From Candidatus Omnitrophota bacterium (GTDB lineage Bacteria > Omnitrophota > Gorgyraeia > Pluralincolimonadales > Pluralincolimonadaceae): a stretch of DNA of 64,000 bases. The stretch covers positions 66,029 through 130,028 of the forward strand of contig JAQUPL010000003.1 in NCBI GenBank assembly GCA_028716565.1, written 5' to 3'. The position numbers were made by a program, and so were the translations under genes. The notes below the pieces were generated by a model. That model was not told where the DNA came from. It saw only the letters and a program-made list of their open reading frames with translations, and made no database searches. How positions within the stretch are numbered: position 1 is the first letter of the stretch; each line of letters opens with the position of its first letter. Of this stretch, positions 27,960-36,985 are shown one piece after another.

Positions 27960-28133
27960 ATGGGGTATCAAGGTGGTGGTGGCGGTGGTGGGTTCGGCGG
28001 CGCGCCGAGAGAGATGCATAAAGCGACTTGCGCGGATTGTAAGAAGGAATGCGAAGTCCCCTTCAAACCGAGAGATGACCGTCCCGTATATTGCAAGGAC
28101 TGTTTTTCGAAGCGCAAGAACGAAGGACGTTAA
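27960..28133 (+). CDS. small Gly-rich CxxC-x17-CxxC zinc-ribbon protein (57 aa; below the ORF-track length cutoff)
   Basis: AAAGGAGGT SD 6 nt before the ATG; MGYQGGGGGGGFGGAPREMHKATCADCKKECEVPFKPRDDRPVYCKDCFSKRKNEGR with exact C-x2-C-x17-C-x2-C; terminator immediately downstream. Confidence 0.65.
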   Translation: MGYQGGGGGGGFGGAPREMHKATCADCKKECEVPFKPRDDRPVYCKDCFSKRKNEGR

Positions 28134-28159
28134 AGAGACTCGATAGAAAGATCAAAGGT

Positions 28160-28194
28160 CCCCTGCAATTTATCTTGCAGGGGATTTTTGTTTG
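28160..28194 (+). terminator. Rho-independent terminator
   Basis: CCCCTGCAA-TTTATC-TTGCAGGGG followed by ATTTTTGTTTG. Confidence 0.6.
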
Positions 28195-28209
28195 CCGTAG
28201 AATAACACC

Positions 28210-28800
28210 ATGCCAAAAAAGATACTGGTTCTCAACGGAAGCCCTAAAAAGAACGGGAACACCGCAAAGCTTTCCGGCTGGTTCGCGGCCGGCGCGCGCT
28301 CTAAAGGCGCCGATGTCGAGGTCGTAAACGTCGCTTTCCTCAAGTACAAGTCCAGCGGCTGTACATCCTGCAGGACGTGCCAGAAGATCAAGGAATATGA
28401 GTGCGTGATAAACGACGGCGCTAAGGCCGTCCTCAAGAAAATGGCCAAAGCGGACGTCATTGTTTTTGCGACGCCGCTCTATTTCTACGGCCCCAGCGCG
28501 CAGCTGAAGGTCATCATCGACAGGATGTTCTCCCTATACAAATGGGATAATACGACCGATACGTTCGAATCGCCGCTGAAGGGGAAGACGATGGCCCTGC
28601 TGCTGAGCGCTTACGAGGATATAGGGCTGGATAACGTTGAAAGATCTTTCAGGATCATAGCCGATTACAGCGAAACGAAATTCAGGTCCTTCCTTGTCCC
28701 TAATGCCCGCGAATCCGGGGAGATCGTAAAGCTGAAGGGCATCCGCAAGAAAGCGGCCGCGTTCGGCAAAAAAATAGCTTTTATTGCTTTAAAAGAGTAA
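28210..28800 (+). CDS. flavodoxin-like NAD(P)H-dependent FMN reductase / iron-sulfur flavoprotein-like
   Basis: ILVLNGSPKKNGNT flavodoxin-like N-terminus plus Cys cluster CTSCRTCQK. Confidence 0.55.
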   Translation: MPKKILVLNGSPKKNGNTAKLSGWFAAGARSKGADVEVVNVAFLKYKSSGCTSCRTCQKIKEYECVINDGAKAVLKKMAKADVIVFATPLYFYGPSAQLKVIIDRMFSLYKWDNTTDTFESPLKGKTMALLLSAYEDIGLDNVERSFRIIADYSETKFRSFLVPNARESGEIVKLKGIRKKAAAFGKKIAFIALKE

Positions 28801-28849
28801 GATAATTTTCCGCAGAGTATGGTAAAATAACCAAAAAGGAGACGGGACA

Positions 28850-29410
28850 ATGAAGAGGATTTTTGCCTTAATTGCCGTTCTATTTTTTGCAATAACCGGC
28901 ACTAACATCAACGGAGGCCTTTTTGCCATGGACGACCAGGTCGTTGTATTAGAGACTAACCAGGGGACTATCGAGATAAAACTTATGCCCGAGGTAGCGC
29001 CGAAGGCTTGTGAGAATTTCACCACGCTGGCCGGGAAAGGGTATTATAACGGCCTGATATTCCACAGGGTCATAAAAGGTTTCATGATACAGGGCGGAGA
29101 CCCGACAGGGACGGGCACGGGCGGGCAATCGTGCTGGGGAAAACCGTTCGCGGACGAGACCGACCCGAAAGTCCAGTTTGACAGCCCGGGGCTGCTGGCC
29201 ATGGCGAACGCCGGGCCCGGCACTAACGGGAGCCAGTTCTTTATTACTACCGCCAAGACCCCATGGCTGAACGGGAAACACACCATATTCGGCAAAGTGG
29301 TATCCGGCTATGACGTGGTCGAAAAGATAGAGAACTCGCCCATAGGCAGGAACGACAAGCCTAAGACCGAGCAAAAGATCATCAAGGCATATCTGAAGGC
29401 CGCCAAATAA
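28850..29410 (+). CDS. peptidyl-prolyl cis-trans isomerase, cyclophilin type (secreted)
   Basis: Signal peptide; cyclophilin motifs [15 protein letters not shown] and GSQFFIT. Confidence 0.8.
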   Translation: MKRIFALIAVLFFAITGTNINGGLFAMDDQVVVLETNQGTIEIKLMPEVAPKACENFTTLAGKGYYNGLIFHRVIKGFMIQGGDPTGTGTGGQSCWGKPFADETDPKVQFDSPGLLAMANAGPGTNGSQFFITTAKTPWLNGKHTIFGKVVSGYDVVEKIENSPIGRNDKPKTEQKIIKAYLKAAK

Positions 29411-29477
29411 AAGCTTAATTAACGGCCGTAAATTTTTCCTCGGGAGCGGCACAGATAGGGCAGACCAAAGGTAAAAT

Positions 29478-30401
29478 ATGACTATGGCTAAGACCTTCCC
29501 TGAGATAACGGAAAAAGAAAGCGAGCGCAGGCAGTTATCCGCCGCGAGCGTATCATTCTGGGGTTCGATAGCGCTGTTCGCCATTTCGGCGTCGGCGGGT
29601 ATTGCGGTAGATTCCATAACCCTTATATTGGACGCCTCCGCAAGCCTTGTCATACTGGTCGTGGCCTTCCTCATGAACTCCACCATAAAGAAGATACACA
29701 GCCCGCCCGACGAGATCTTCAATTTCGGTTACGAAAAATACGAGCCGTTCACGGTCGTATTGCAGGGCGCCCTTATAATCATGACCTGCCTGATAAGCGT
29801 TAAATTCGCGATCCAGGACATCATCCATTCGGAAGATATAGAGAATTACCAGATACCTGTTCTCGCGGCATGCCTGTCAGTCGCGATAGGGATATTTGTA
29901 AGCATATTCATCAAGGCCGCCGCGCGCAAGACACACTCATCGATGATGCATACGGCGAGCATGCATTGGTTCATAGATACAGGCATGTCGGTCGGCATAC
30001 TCGGCGGGTTTTGCGCGGGCTGGGTACTGAAAGAGAAGGGGTACACCAATATCACGCGTTTCGTCGACCCGGCCATGGCCATCATACTGGCGCTGGTCTT
30101 CATTATACCTCCCGCGAGGACGATAAAAAGACATTTTATGGAGCTTTTGGATGCCGTCCCGTCAAAAGAGATAAGGGACAAGGTAAGGAAGGTAGTGGAT
30201 GAATATAAACCCAGGATGTTCGGTGTCAGCAGGGTCAGGACAAGGAAAGCCGGGGATAAGATCTTCGTAGATATCTGTTTTGTCGTGAAGGAAGATATGA
30301 CCGTCAGGGAGGCCGAAGCGGTTGCCGTGGATTTCGAGAAGGACCTTAAGACCCATTTGCACCATCTTGACATAGTGGTATATTTTAGGCCTATGAAATA
30401 A
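29478..30401 (+). CDS. cation diffusion facilitator (CDF) family transporter
   Basis: Six TM helices, CDF signature FGYEKYEPF, C-terminal cytoplasmic domain. Confidence 0.65.
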   Translation: MTMAKTFPEITEKESERRQLSAASVSFWGSIALFAISASAGIAVDSITLILDASASLVILVVAFLMNSTIKKIHSPPDEIFNFGYEKYEPFTVVLQGALIIMTCLISVKFAIQDIIHSEDIENYQIPVLAACLSVAIGIFVSIFIKAAARKTHSSMMHTASMHWFIDTGMSVGILGGFCAGWVLKEKGYTNITRFVDPAMAIILALVFIIPPARTIKRHFMELLDAVPSKEIRDKVRKVVDEYKPRMFGVSRVRTRKAGDKIFVDICFVVKEDMTVREAEAVAVDFEKDLKTHLHHLDIVVYFRPMK

Positions 30402-30405
30402 TCCC

Positions 30406-30801
30406 ATGTCAAAAAGCCGGCTTGAAAAGAAGATTTATTACCATGACACGGATTGCGGCGGCGTCGTTTATCACGCCTCGTATTTAAACCATCTTGAAGA
30501 AGGCAGGACCGAACTTCTTCGCGAAAAAGGTGTCGATGTCGGAGAACTCGCCTGCAAGGGGACGATCTTTCCGGTCGTCCACGTCGAAATCGACTACAAA
30601 TACCCCGCCGTATACGGTGACACCATCGAAGTGCTCACCTCGATCGAGAAGGTCGGCCACGCCTCCATAAATTTCGACCAGGAGATAATGAAGGGCGGCA
30701 CCCTGCTGCTGAAGGCGAAGGTCGTATGCGCGTGCGTGGATACGGACCTGAAGGCAAAGCCTATCCCTGAAGCGGAACTTTCCAAACTGAAGATTGTCTA
30801 A
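30406..30801 (+). CDS. YbgC/4HBT-family acyl-CoA thioesterase
   Basis: YHDTDCGGVVYHASYLNHLEEGRTE hot-dog fold signature. Confidence 0.7.
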   Translation: MSKSRLEKKIYYHDTDCGGVVYHASYLNHLEEGRTELLREKGVDVGELACKGTIFPVVHVEIDYKYPAVYGDTIEVLTSIEKVGHASINFDQEIMKGGTLLLKAKVVCACVDTDLKAKPIPEAELSKLKIV

Positions 30802-31344
30802 ATGAGTGAAAAGAGCATAAATTTCGACGAGCTGGTCCTGGAGCATAAGGACAAGGTGTTCAATTTATGCTATCGTTTCATGGGCGATCACGGCGAGGCC
30901 GACGACTGCGCGCAGGAGACTTTCGTCAAGGTATACCGGTCGCTGAAGGATTTCAGGCGCGAGTCATCAGTATCGACGTGGATCTACAGGATAGCGGTAA
31001 ACACGTGCAAGAACAGGCTCTCTTCCGCGCAATACCGCAGGAACAGGTATATGGTGCGGCTCGACGAGCCAAAAGATACAGGGGAAGGCGAGCAGCCGGT
31101 CGAGATAGGCGGCAAGGCCCTTTCCCCGTCGGCGGAGCTGGACAGGAAAGAAAAGGGAGAGACGATACAGGAGGCGATAAATTCACTTACCGGCGACCAC
31201 AGGTCGGTTGTCGTGCTCCGCGATATCGAAGGGCTCTCATACGAGGAGATATCTGAAATTATGGGTTATAACCTCGGCACAGTGAAATCGAAACTGGCGA
31301 GGGCAAGGCAGGAATTAAGGGAGAAGCTAAAGGGGCTGGTCTAG
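30802..31344 (+). CDS. ECF-subfamily RNA polymerase sigma-70 factor
   Basis: Region 2 ETFVKVYRSL and region 4 HTH VLRDIEGLSYEEISEIMG. Confidence 0.8.
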   Translation: MSEKSINFDELVLEHKDKVFNLCYRFMGDHGEADDCAQETFVKVYRSLKDFRRESSVSTWIYRIAVNTCKNRLSSAQYRRNRYMVRLDEPKDTGEGEQPVEIGGKALSPSAELDRKEKGETIQEAINSLTGDHRSVVVLRDIEGLSYEEISEIMGYNLGTVKSKLARARQELREKLKGLV

Positions 31345-32163
31345 ATGGAACGCGAAGACAAGAAAGACATGATGCCGGAAGAAGAATACTTAAAGCAGAT
31401 GAGTTCCCTGCCTAAGGTAAAGGCGCCCGGGAATTTTCTTCAGAAGGTGCGCGAGCGCATCGAAAGTCGTTCGGCCTTCGAGAAGATAATGCGCGCCTTG
31501 TTCGTGCCGGTAAAGATCAAAGTCCCGCTGGAACTTGCGGCGATGGCCGCGGCGGTCATACTGATCGTCTCTACGGCAGGCATAAAGAAGCCCATGGAAC
31601 AACTTGCGTATGCACCGAAGGCAAAAATGGCGACCGGAACAGGGGTCATTATGAAAAGTGAATTGTCTGCCGGCAGCGGGTCGGCAGTAGCCGAAGAGGA
31701 CAAGAAGACAGGCGGGCTCTTTATTAACAAAGGATTAAACGATTCCGATAGCAAGCCTATTGAGATCGCTCTTCTCATCAGGACAGAAGAGCCGGTCAAG
31801 GCGCGCGATGCGCAAAAATCCGCAGAGATGGACAGTTTTGACTCGAGTAAATTTAAAGAAGCGTATGCCCGGGAAGAAAAAGCCGTCCGTCACGAAGCGG
31901 AAACGGCCATAGGCCTGAAACCGTATTTGACCGAAGCCCTTTCGAAGGTAAAGAACCAGGTAGAGCTGGCGCAGGGCAAAATCACAAAGACCGAGGTAAA
32001 TAAAGATACCGGTATGCCCCAATATGTCGATGTCGAGATACCCACGGCCGGTTATGCGAAATTCGTAGAGAGCCTGTCAGGCATCGGCACCCTCCGGGAA
32101 CCCATCCTTAAAGAAGCGCCCCAGGGCCGGGATATCGTCCGGGTCCGCATCAAGCTACTATAG
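31345..32163 (+). CDS. putative anti-sigma factor / membrane-anchored protein
   Basis: ATGA-coupled to the sigma-factor gene; single TM helix (LELAAMAAAVILIVS). Confidence 0.4.
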   Translation: MEREDKKDMMPEEEYLKQMSSLPKVKAPGNFLQKVRERIESRSAFEKIMRALFVPVKIKVPLELAAMAAAVILIVSTAGIKKPMEQLAYAPKAKMATGTGVIMKSELSAGSGSAVAEEDKKTGGLFINKGLNDSDSKPIEIALLIRTEEPVKARDAQKSAEMDSFDSSKFKEAYAREEKAVRHEAETAIGLKPYLTEALSKVKNQVELAQGKITKTEVNKDTGMPQYVDVEIPTAGYAKFVESLSGIGTLREPILKEAPQGRDIVRVRIKLL

Positions 32164-32270
32164 GATATGTTGTCTTTTTTGAGGCGTCCCCGAATTTTTA
32201 CTGGATAATTCGAGGGGCGCAATATATACTTAATGTTGTGCCCCTTTTGTATAAATGAGGAGGAAAAATA

Positions 32271-32852
32271 ATGAGGGTTTCTTTTTGTTTGGCGGTCATG
32301 CTGGTCCTGTCGCTGGCCGCGGCCGTCTTCGCGGTGGACTTTTCGGCCGATGTAGTCACCACCCAGTCGGGCAAAACCTTCAACGCCAAGGTTTTTGTCA
32401 GCGGAGAAAAGAGCAGGATGGAAGCCCCCGAGAGCATATCCATATCGAGAGTGGACAAGAAAGTCGTCTGGGTGCTGATCCCCGGGCAAAAGATGTATAT
32501 GGAGCAGGCTTTTGACGCCAAGAAGATGATGGCCGCCTCGGATAAGGTAGAAGGCGAGCTTGAGCGCACTCCTCTCGGGAAGGACACGGTGGACGGCAAG
32601 ACGGCGGACAAATATAAGGTAACCTACGAAATAGAGGGTATCAAGAACGAGATGTTCCAATGGGTAGAGAGCGGTTCAAACCTCCCGCTTAAGTCTGCCG
32701 CTTTGGACGGAAGCTGGAGCGTAGAATACAGGAATATCAAGACCGGACCGCAGCCTGATTCGTTGTTCGAGGTGCCGTCCGATTACAAGAAATTCTCCAT
32801 GGAGATGCCTGACATAGGCAAAATGATGAAAGGAATGGAAAAAAATGAATAG
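32271..32852 (+). CDS. hypothetical secreted protein
   Basis: Signal peptide MRVSFCLAVMLVLSLAAAVFA; RBS GAGGAGGAAAAA. Confidence 0.4.
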   Translation: MRVSFCLAVMLVLSLAAAVFAVDFSADVVTTQSGKTFNAKVFVSGEKSRMEAPESISISRVDKKVVWVLIPGQKMYMEQAFDAKKMMAASDKVEGELERTPLGKDTVDGKTADKYKVTYEIEGIKNEMFQWVESGSNLPLKSAALDGSWSVEYRNIKTGPQPDSLFEVPSDYKKFSMEMPDIGKMMKGMEKNE

Positions 32853-35355
32853 GCCCGGGATCTTTCTGCTCTCACTTGCCTTATTTCTTTTGTTTTCGGC
32901 TGCGGCTGTTTACGGCGAGGACCAACAGGCGGAAAAGAAGATCGATGAATTGATAAAAAAGATGACGCTCAGCGAGAAGGTGACCCTTATCGCGGGAAAC
33001 GAGATGGAGACGTATCCCATCGACAGGTTGGGTATCCCGAAATTGAAGTGTTGCGACGGCCCGGTCGGCGTCGCCAGGAGCGGCCCGGTGACGGCATTCC
33101 CGTCGTCCATATGCATGGCCGCGACATGGGACCCGGACCTGATCTATAAAGTGTCGGCGGCGCTTGCCGAAGAAGTCAAGGGAAAGGACAGGAATATGTC
33201 CCTCGCGCCGTGCGTGAATATCCACAGGGTCCCGATGGGCGGAAGGAATTTCGAGAGTTTCGGAGAAGACCCGTATCTCTCGTCGCGGCTGGCTGTAGTA
33301 TATGTGAAGGGCCTTCAGGACAATAAAGTCGTCGCGACAGTAAAACATTACGCCTGCAACAACCAGGAATGGGAACGCGGCACGATAGATGTGGTCATCG
33401 ACGAGCGGGCGCTCAGGGAGATATACCTGCCGGCATTTGAGGCGGCGGTGAAAGAAGGCGGTTCATGGTCCGTAATGGCCTCCTACAATAAAGTGAACGG
33501 CTATCATTCGAGCGAGAACGACCGCCTGCTAAATGAGATTCTTAAGAAAGAATGGGGATTCAAAGGGTTTGTCGTCTCGGACTGGGGGGGAACGCACAGC
33601 ACGGTCAACGCGGCGAATTACGGCCTCGATCTCGAGATGCCGAGAGGGGATAATTTTAACTCGAAATTGGTGAGCGCGGTCAATAACGGCCAGGTAAAGG
33701 AAGCCGTGATAGACGACAAGGTAAGGCGGATCCTAAGGGCGATGTTCTGGCTCGGCCTCTTCGACGCCAACCCGGCGCCGAACCGCGGGTCCCTTAATAC
33801 GGCGGCACACAAAGAGGCGGCCTTCCTGACGTCCAAGGAAGGGATAGTCCTGCTCAAGAATACCGGCGGTGTCCTGCCTATCGACATAACCAAGATAAAA
33901 TCGATCGCGGTCATAGGCCCCAATGCCGCTGTCAACAGGTTCGGCGGCGGAGGCAGTTCAGAGGTGACGCCTGCCTATAACGTGAGCCCGCTCGACGGAC
34001 TGAAGAAGAGACTCGGCAATAAAGTCGCAATAAATTACGCGTTGGGATGCAAACTTGAAGGCGAAGTAGTGCCGATCGAGACGTCGGCTGTCCAGACCGT
34101 CTTCAACGGGAAAAAAGTAAACGGTTTTCTGGGGGAATATTTCAATAACCAAAGGCTCGAGGGCACTCCGGCCGTGAAAAGGGTCGACAAGAATATAGAC
34201 TTCTCATGGGGCGATGGGCCGCCGGCAGACGGCATACAGAAAGACCATTTCTCCGCCAGGTGGACGGCGAAACTCACGCCGCCGAAGACCGGCGAGTACG
34301 AGGTGAACCTGCGGAGCGACGACGGTTCCCGCCTCTTCATAGACGGCAGGGAGATCATAGACAGCTGGAAAGACCACGGCGAAGAGACTAAAAGCACTAC
34401 GATGAAGTTTGAGGCGGGCAAGGAGTACGACCTGCGCGTCGAATTCTATGAGAACGGCGGAGGAGCGGTTGTTAAGTTGGGATGGGATATTCCCCGGGAA
34501 TTGGCCGCAGAGGCCGCCGAGGTCGCGAAGAAATCCGATATTGCGATCGTATTTATCGGTCTCTCCGGGCGCTTTGAGTCAGAAAATTTCGACAGGAAAG
34601 ATATAAACCTTCCTGATAGCCAGAACGATCTCGTCAAGAAGGTCGTCGCGGCGAATAAAAATACGGTCGTCGTATTGAATTCCGGGGCCGCGGTCATTAT
34701 GAATGAATGGGTAAATGACGTCCCTGCGATCCTCGAGATGTGGTATCCTGGACAGGAAGGCGGCAATGCTATCGCGGATGTGCTGCTCGGATATTACAAT
34801 CCGTCGGGCAAACTGCCCACAACCTTCCCGATCAAATGGGAAGATTGTTCGGCGTATTCCACTTATCCGGGCAAGAACGGCAAGGTATATTATTCGGACG
34901 GCGTCTTCGTAGGCTACCGCTACTTCGACAAGCAGGGGACAAAGGTCCTCTTCCCGTTCGGCCATGGCCTTTCTTATACCACCTTTGAATACAGCAACCT
35001 TACGATAACGCCCGGCGCGGTGTCGGACGGTAAGATCGATATCACGGCCTCTTTCGACCTCAAGAACACCGGCAGGAGGGAAGGCGCCGAGGTCGCCCAG
35101 TTGTATGTAAGGGAGGTCGCTCCGGGCGTCGAGAGGCCCGTAAGGGAGCTTAAGGGATTCAAGAGGGTGAATCTTAAGCCCGGCGAAACGCTAAAGGTGA
35201 CATTCAAGCTCGATAAGAGGTCCCTCGCGTTCTATGATGTCGATAAGAAGGATTGGACCGCCAAGCCCGGAGAATTCGAGATCGAGGTGGGCAGTTCGTC
35301 CAGGGATATCAAGCTCAAGGGTACCTTTAGTCTGCAAAAGGGCAAAATGCTCTGA
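32845..35355 (+). CDS. glycoside hydrolase family 3 beta-glucosidase with PA14 domain
   Basis: GH3 N-domain (KHYACNNQE, catalytic VVSDW), PA14 insert (GEYFNN...DFSWGDGPP), GH3 C-domain and fibronectin-like tail. Confidence 0.8.
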   Translation: MNRPGIFLLSLALFLLFSAAAVYGEDQQAEKKIDELIKKMTLSEKVTLIAGNEMETYPIDRLGIPKLKCCDGPVGVARSGPVTAFPSSICMAATWDPDLIYKVSAALAEEVKGKDRNMSLAPCVNIHRVPMGGRNFESFGEDPYLSSRLAVVYVKGLQDNKVVATVKHYACNNQEWERGTIDVVIDERALREIYLPAFEAAVKEGGSWSVMASYNKVNGYHSSENDRLLNEILKKEWGFKGFVVSDWGGTHSTVNAANYGLDLEMPRGDNFNSKLVSAVNNGQVKEAVIDDKVRRILRAMFWLGLFDANPAPNRGSLNTAAHKEAAFLTSKEGIVLLKNTGGVLPIDITKIKSIAVIGPNAAVNRFGGGGSSEVTPAYNVSPLDGLKKRLGNKVAINYALGCKLEGEVVPIETSAVQTVFNGKKVNGFLGEYFNNQRLEGTPAVKRVDKNIDFSWGDGPPADGIQKDHFSARWTAKLTPPKTGEYEVNLRSDDGSRLFIDGREIIDSWKDHGEETKSTTMKFEAGKEYDLRVEFYENGGGAVVKLGWDIPRELAAEAAEVAKKSDIAIVFIGLSGRFESENFDRKDINLPDSQNDLVKKVVAANKNTVVVLNSGAAVIMNEWVNDVPAILEMWYPGQEGGNAIADVLLGYYNPSGKLPTTFPIKWEDCSAYSTYPGKNGKVYYSDGVFVGYRYFDKQGTKVLFPFGHGLSYTTFEYSNLTITPGAVSDGKIDITASFDLKNTGRREGAEVAQLYVREVAPGVERPVRELKGFKRVNLKPGETLKVTFKLDKRSLAFYDVDKKDWTAKPGEFEIEVGSSSRDIKLKGTFSLQKGKML

Positions 35356-36308
35356 TGCTGATCCGGGAATTCGTTTCGCTCGGCGTTTTTCTCGCGTTTG
35401 TTCTCGCCGTATACATAAAAGAGGGCCAGCTGATATCCGGGCTGGTCCTCCATAAATTACGGCGCAAGGAAGGGCCTTCCGGTTTCCTGTCCAAGCCGGC
35501 GATAGCCGTCCATATCCTGGCGGCGGCCGGTATCCTTTGCTTCCTCTACGGCCTTTTAATAGAACCGCATTGGATAGAAGTCAAGAGAGTGGAGATAGAG
35601 AGCAGCAAATTATCCCGCGCCAGTCTCCGTATAGTCCAGTTATCAGACCTGCATACCGACCCCAAAGGCACGAACGAGAAAAAAGTTATAGAGGCGGTGA
35701 ACGCGCTGAAACCCGACATCATCGTCTTCACGGGGGACGCGGTAAATTCCCCGAAGGCGCTGCCCGTCTTTAAAAAGACCCTGAAGAGCCTTAAGGCTAA
35801 TATAGGAAAATATGCCGTGACAGGGAACTTCGATTACTGGTTCCTGCGCGGGCTCGACCTGTTCGGGGGGACCGGTTTCGATCCCCTGGACGCGAAGATC
35901 GAGAGGATAAACAAAGACGGGGATATTTTTTTCATCTCAGGCCTTAATTTCGAGCATGGCGGGTATTGGTTTCCGTTACTGAAGAATGTGCCGCGAGGGT
36001 ATTACAGCATATTTTTGTACCATAAGCCCGACCTCATCGAGGACCTGAAAGGCGTAAATGTCGACCTGTATCTAGCCGGACATACCCACGGCGGACAGGT
36101 GGCGCTCCCGTTTTACGGCGCGATAATCACCCTTTCGAAATACGGCAAGAGATATGAAGCAGGGGAATACAAGGTCGGGAACACCGTCCTTTACGTGAAC
36201 CGCGGCATAGGGACCGAAGGGAAGGCCGGTGTGAGGGTCAGGTTCATGGTGAGGCCGGAGATAACCGTATTCGACATCAGGCCCCCGCGTCCCGTCGCAA
36301 AAAAATGA
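35355..36308 (+). CDS. membrane-anchored metallophosphoesterase (calcineurin-like)
   Basis: Two N-terminal TM helices; metal-binding motifs DLH, GD, GNFD and GHTHGGQ. Confidence 0.65.
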   Translation: MLIREFVSLGVFLAFVLAVYIKEGQLISGLVLHKLRRKEGPSGFLSKPAIAVHILAAAGILCFLYGLLIEPHWIEVKRVEIESSKLSRASLRIVQLSDLHTDPKGTNEKKVIEAVNALKPDIIVFTGDAVNSPKALPVFKKTLKSLKANIGKYAVTGNFDYWFLRGLDLFGGTGFDPLDAKIERINKDGDIFFISGLNFEHGGYWFPLLKNVPRGYYSIFLYHKPDLIEDLKGVNVDLYLAGHTHGGQVALPFYGAIITLSKYGKRYEAGEYKVGNTVLYVNRGIGTEGKAGVRVRFMVRPEITVFDIRPPRPVAKK

Positions 36309-36375
36309 AATTGGCCGTTGAAAAATCCCCCCGTTTGTGGTATATATAGTCATCTTTCCAAGGAGGAAAATCAAA

Positions 36376-36954
36376 ATGGATAAATCATTGAAGGGCACGA
36401 AGACCGAAAAGAACCTGCTTGCCTCGTTCGCGGGCGAATCCCAGGCGAGGAACAGGTATACGTATTTCGCCAGCGCCGCGCGAAAAGAAGGCTATGAGCA
36501 GATAGCGAATATATTCACCGAGACCGCGGAGAACGAAAAGGAGCACGCCAAGGTATTTTTCAAGTATCTTGAAGGCGGAGATGTCGAGATAACGGCCGCT
36601 TACCCGGCCGGTAAGATAAATAATACGAAGGCGAACCTTGAAGCCGCGGCCGCAGGAGAGAAGCTGGAGTGGACTACGCTGTATTCCGATTTTGGAAGGA
36701 TAGCCAAGGATGAAGGATTTCCCGAAGTCGCCAGCTCCTTCGAGCAGATAGCGAAAGTTGAAAGATTCCACGAGTCTAGATACAGGAGGCTCATCAACAA
36801 CATAGCTAACGGCGAAGTATTCAAGAAGAAGGCGCCGGTCAAGTGGCATTGCATAAACTGCGGCTATGTGTTCGAAGGGGCAGAGGCCCCAAAAGAATGC
36901 CCGGCCTGCAAACACCCCCAGGCATTTTACGAGATCCTCTCCGAGAATTTTTAG
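36376..36954 (+). CDS. rbr: rubrerythrin
   Basis: Ferritin-like di-iron E-x-x-H pairs (ENEKEHAK; EVE; ERFHESRY) and C-terminal rubredoxin CINCG...CPACKHP; AAGGAGG RBS; TTGAAA-N17-TATATA promoter at 36318-36346. Confidence 0.85.
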   Translation: MDKSLKGTKTEKNLLASFAGESQARNRYTYFASAARKEGYEQIANIFTETAENEKEHAKVFFKYLEGGDVEITAAYPAGKINNTKANLEAAAAGEKLEWTTLYSDFGRIAKDEGFPEVASSFEQIAKVERFHESRYRRLINNIANGEVFKKKAPVKWHCINCGYVFEGAEAPKECPACKHPQAFYEILSENF

Positions 36955-36985
36955 GGGTCCTGCTCCAGCCTGAAGAGATGCCGCC

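Noticed and set aside
27934-28327. Track ORFs 27934-28146 and 28091-28327
   Set aside because: Displaced by the 57-aa CxxC-x17-CxxC ORF with a consensus SD and by the terminator at 28160-28194; neither has start-site support.
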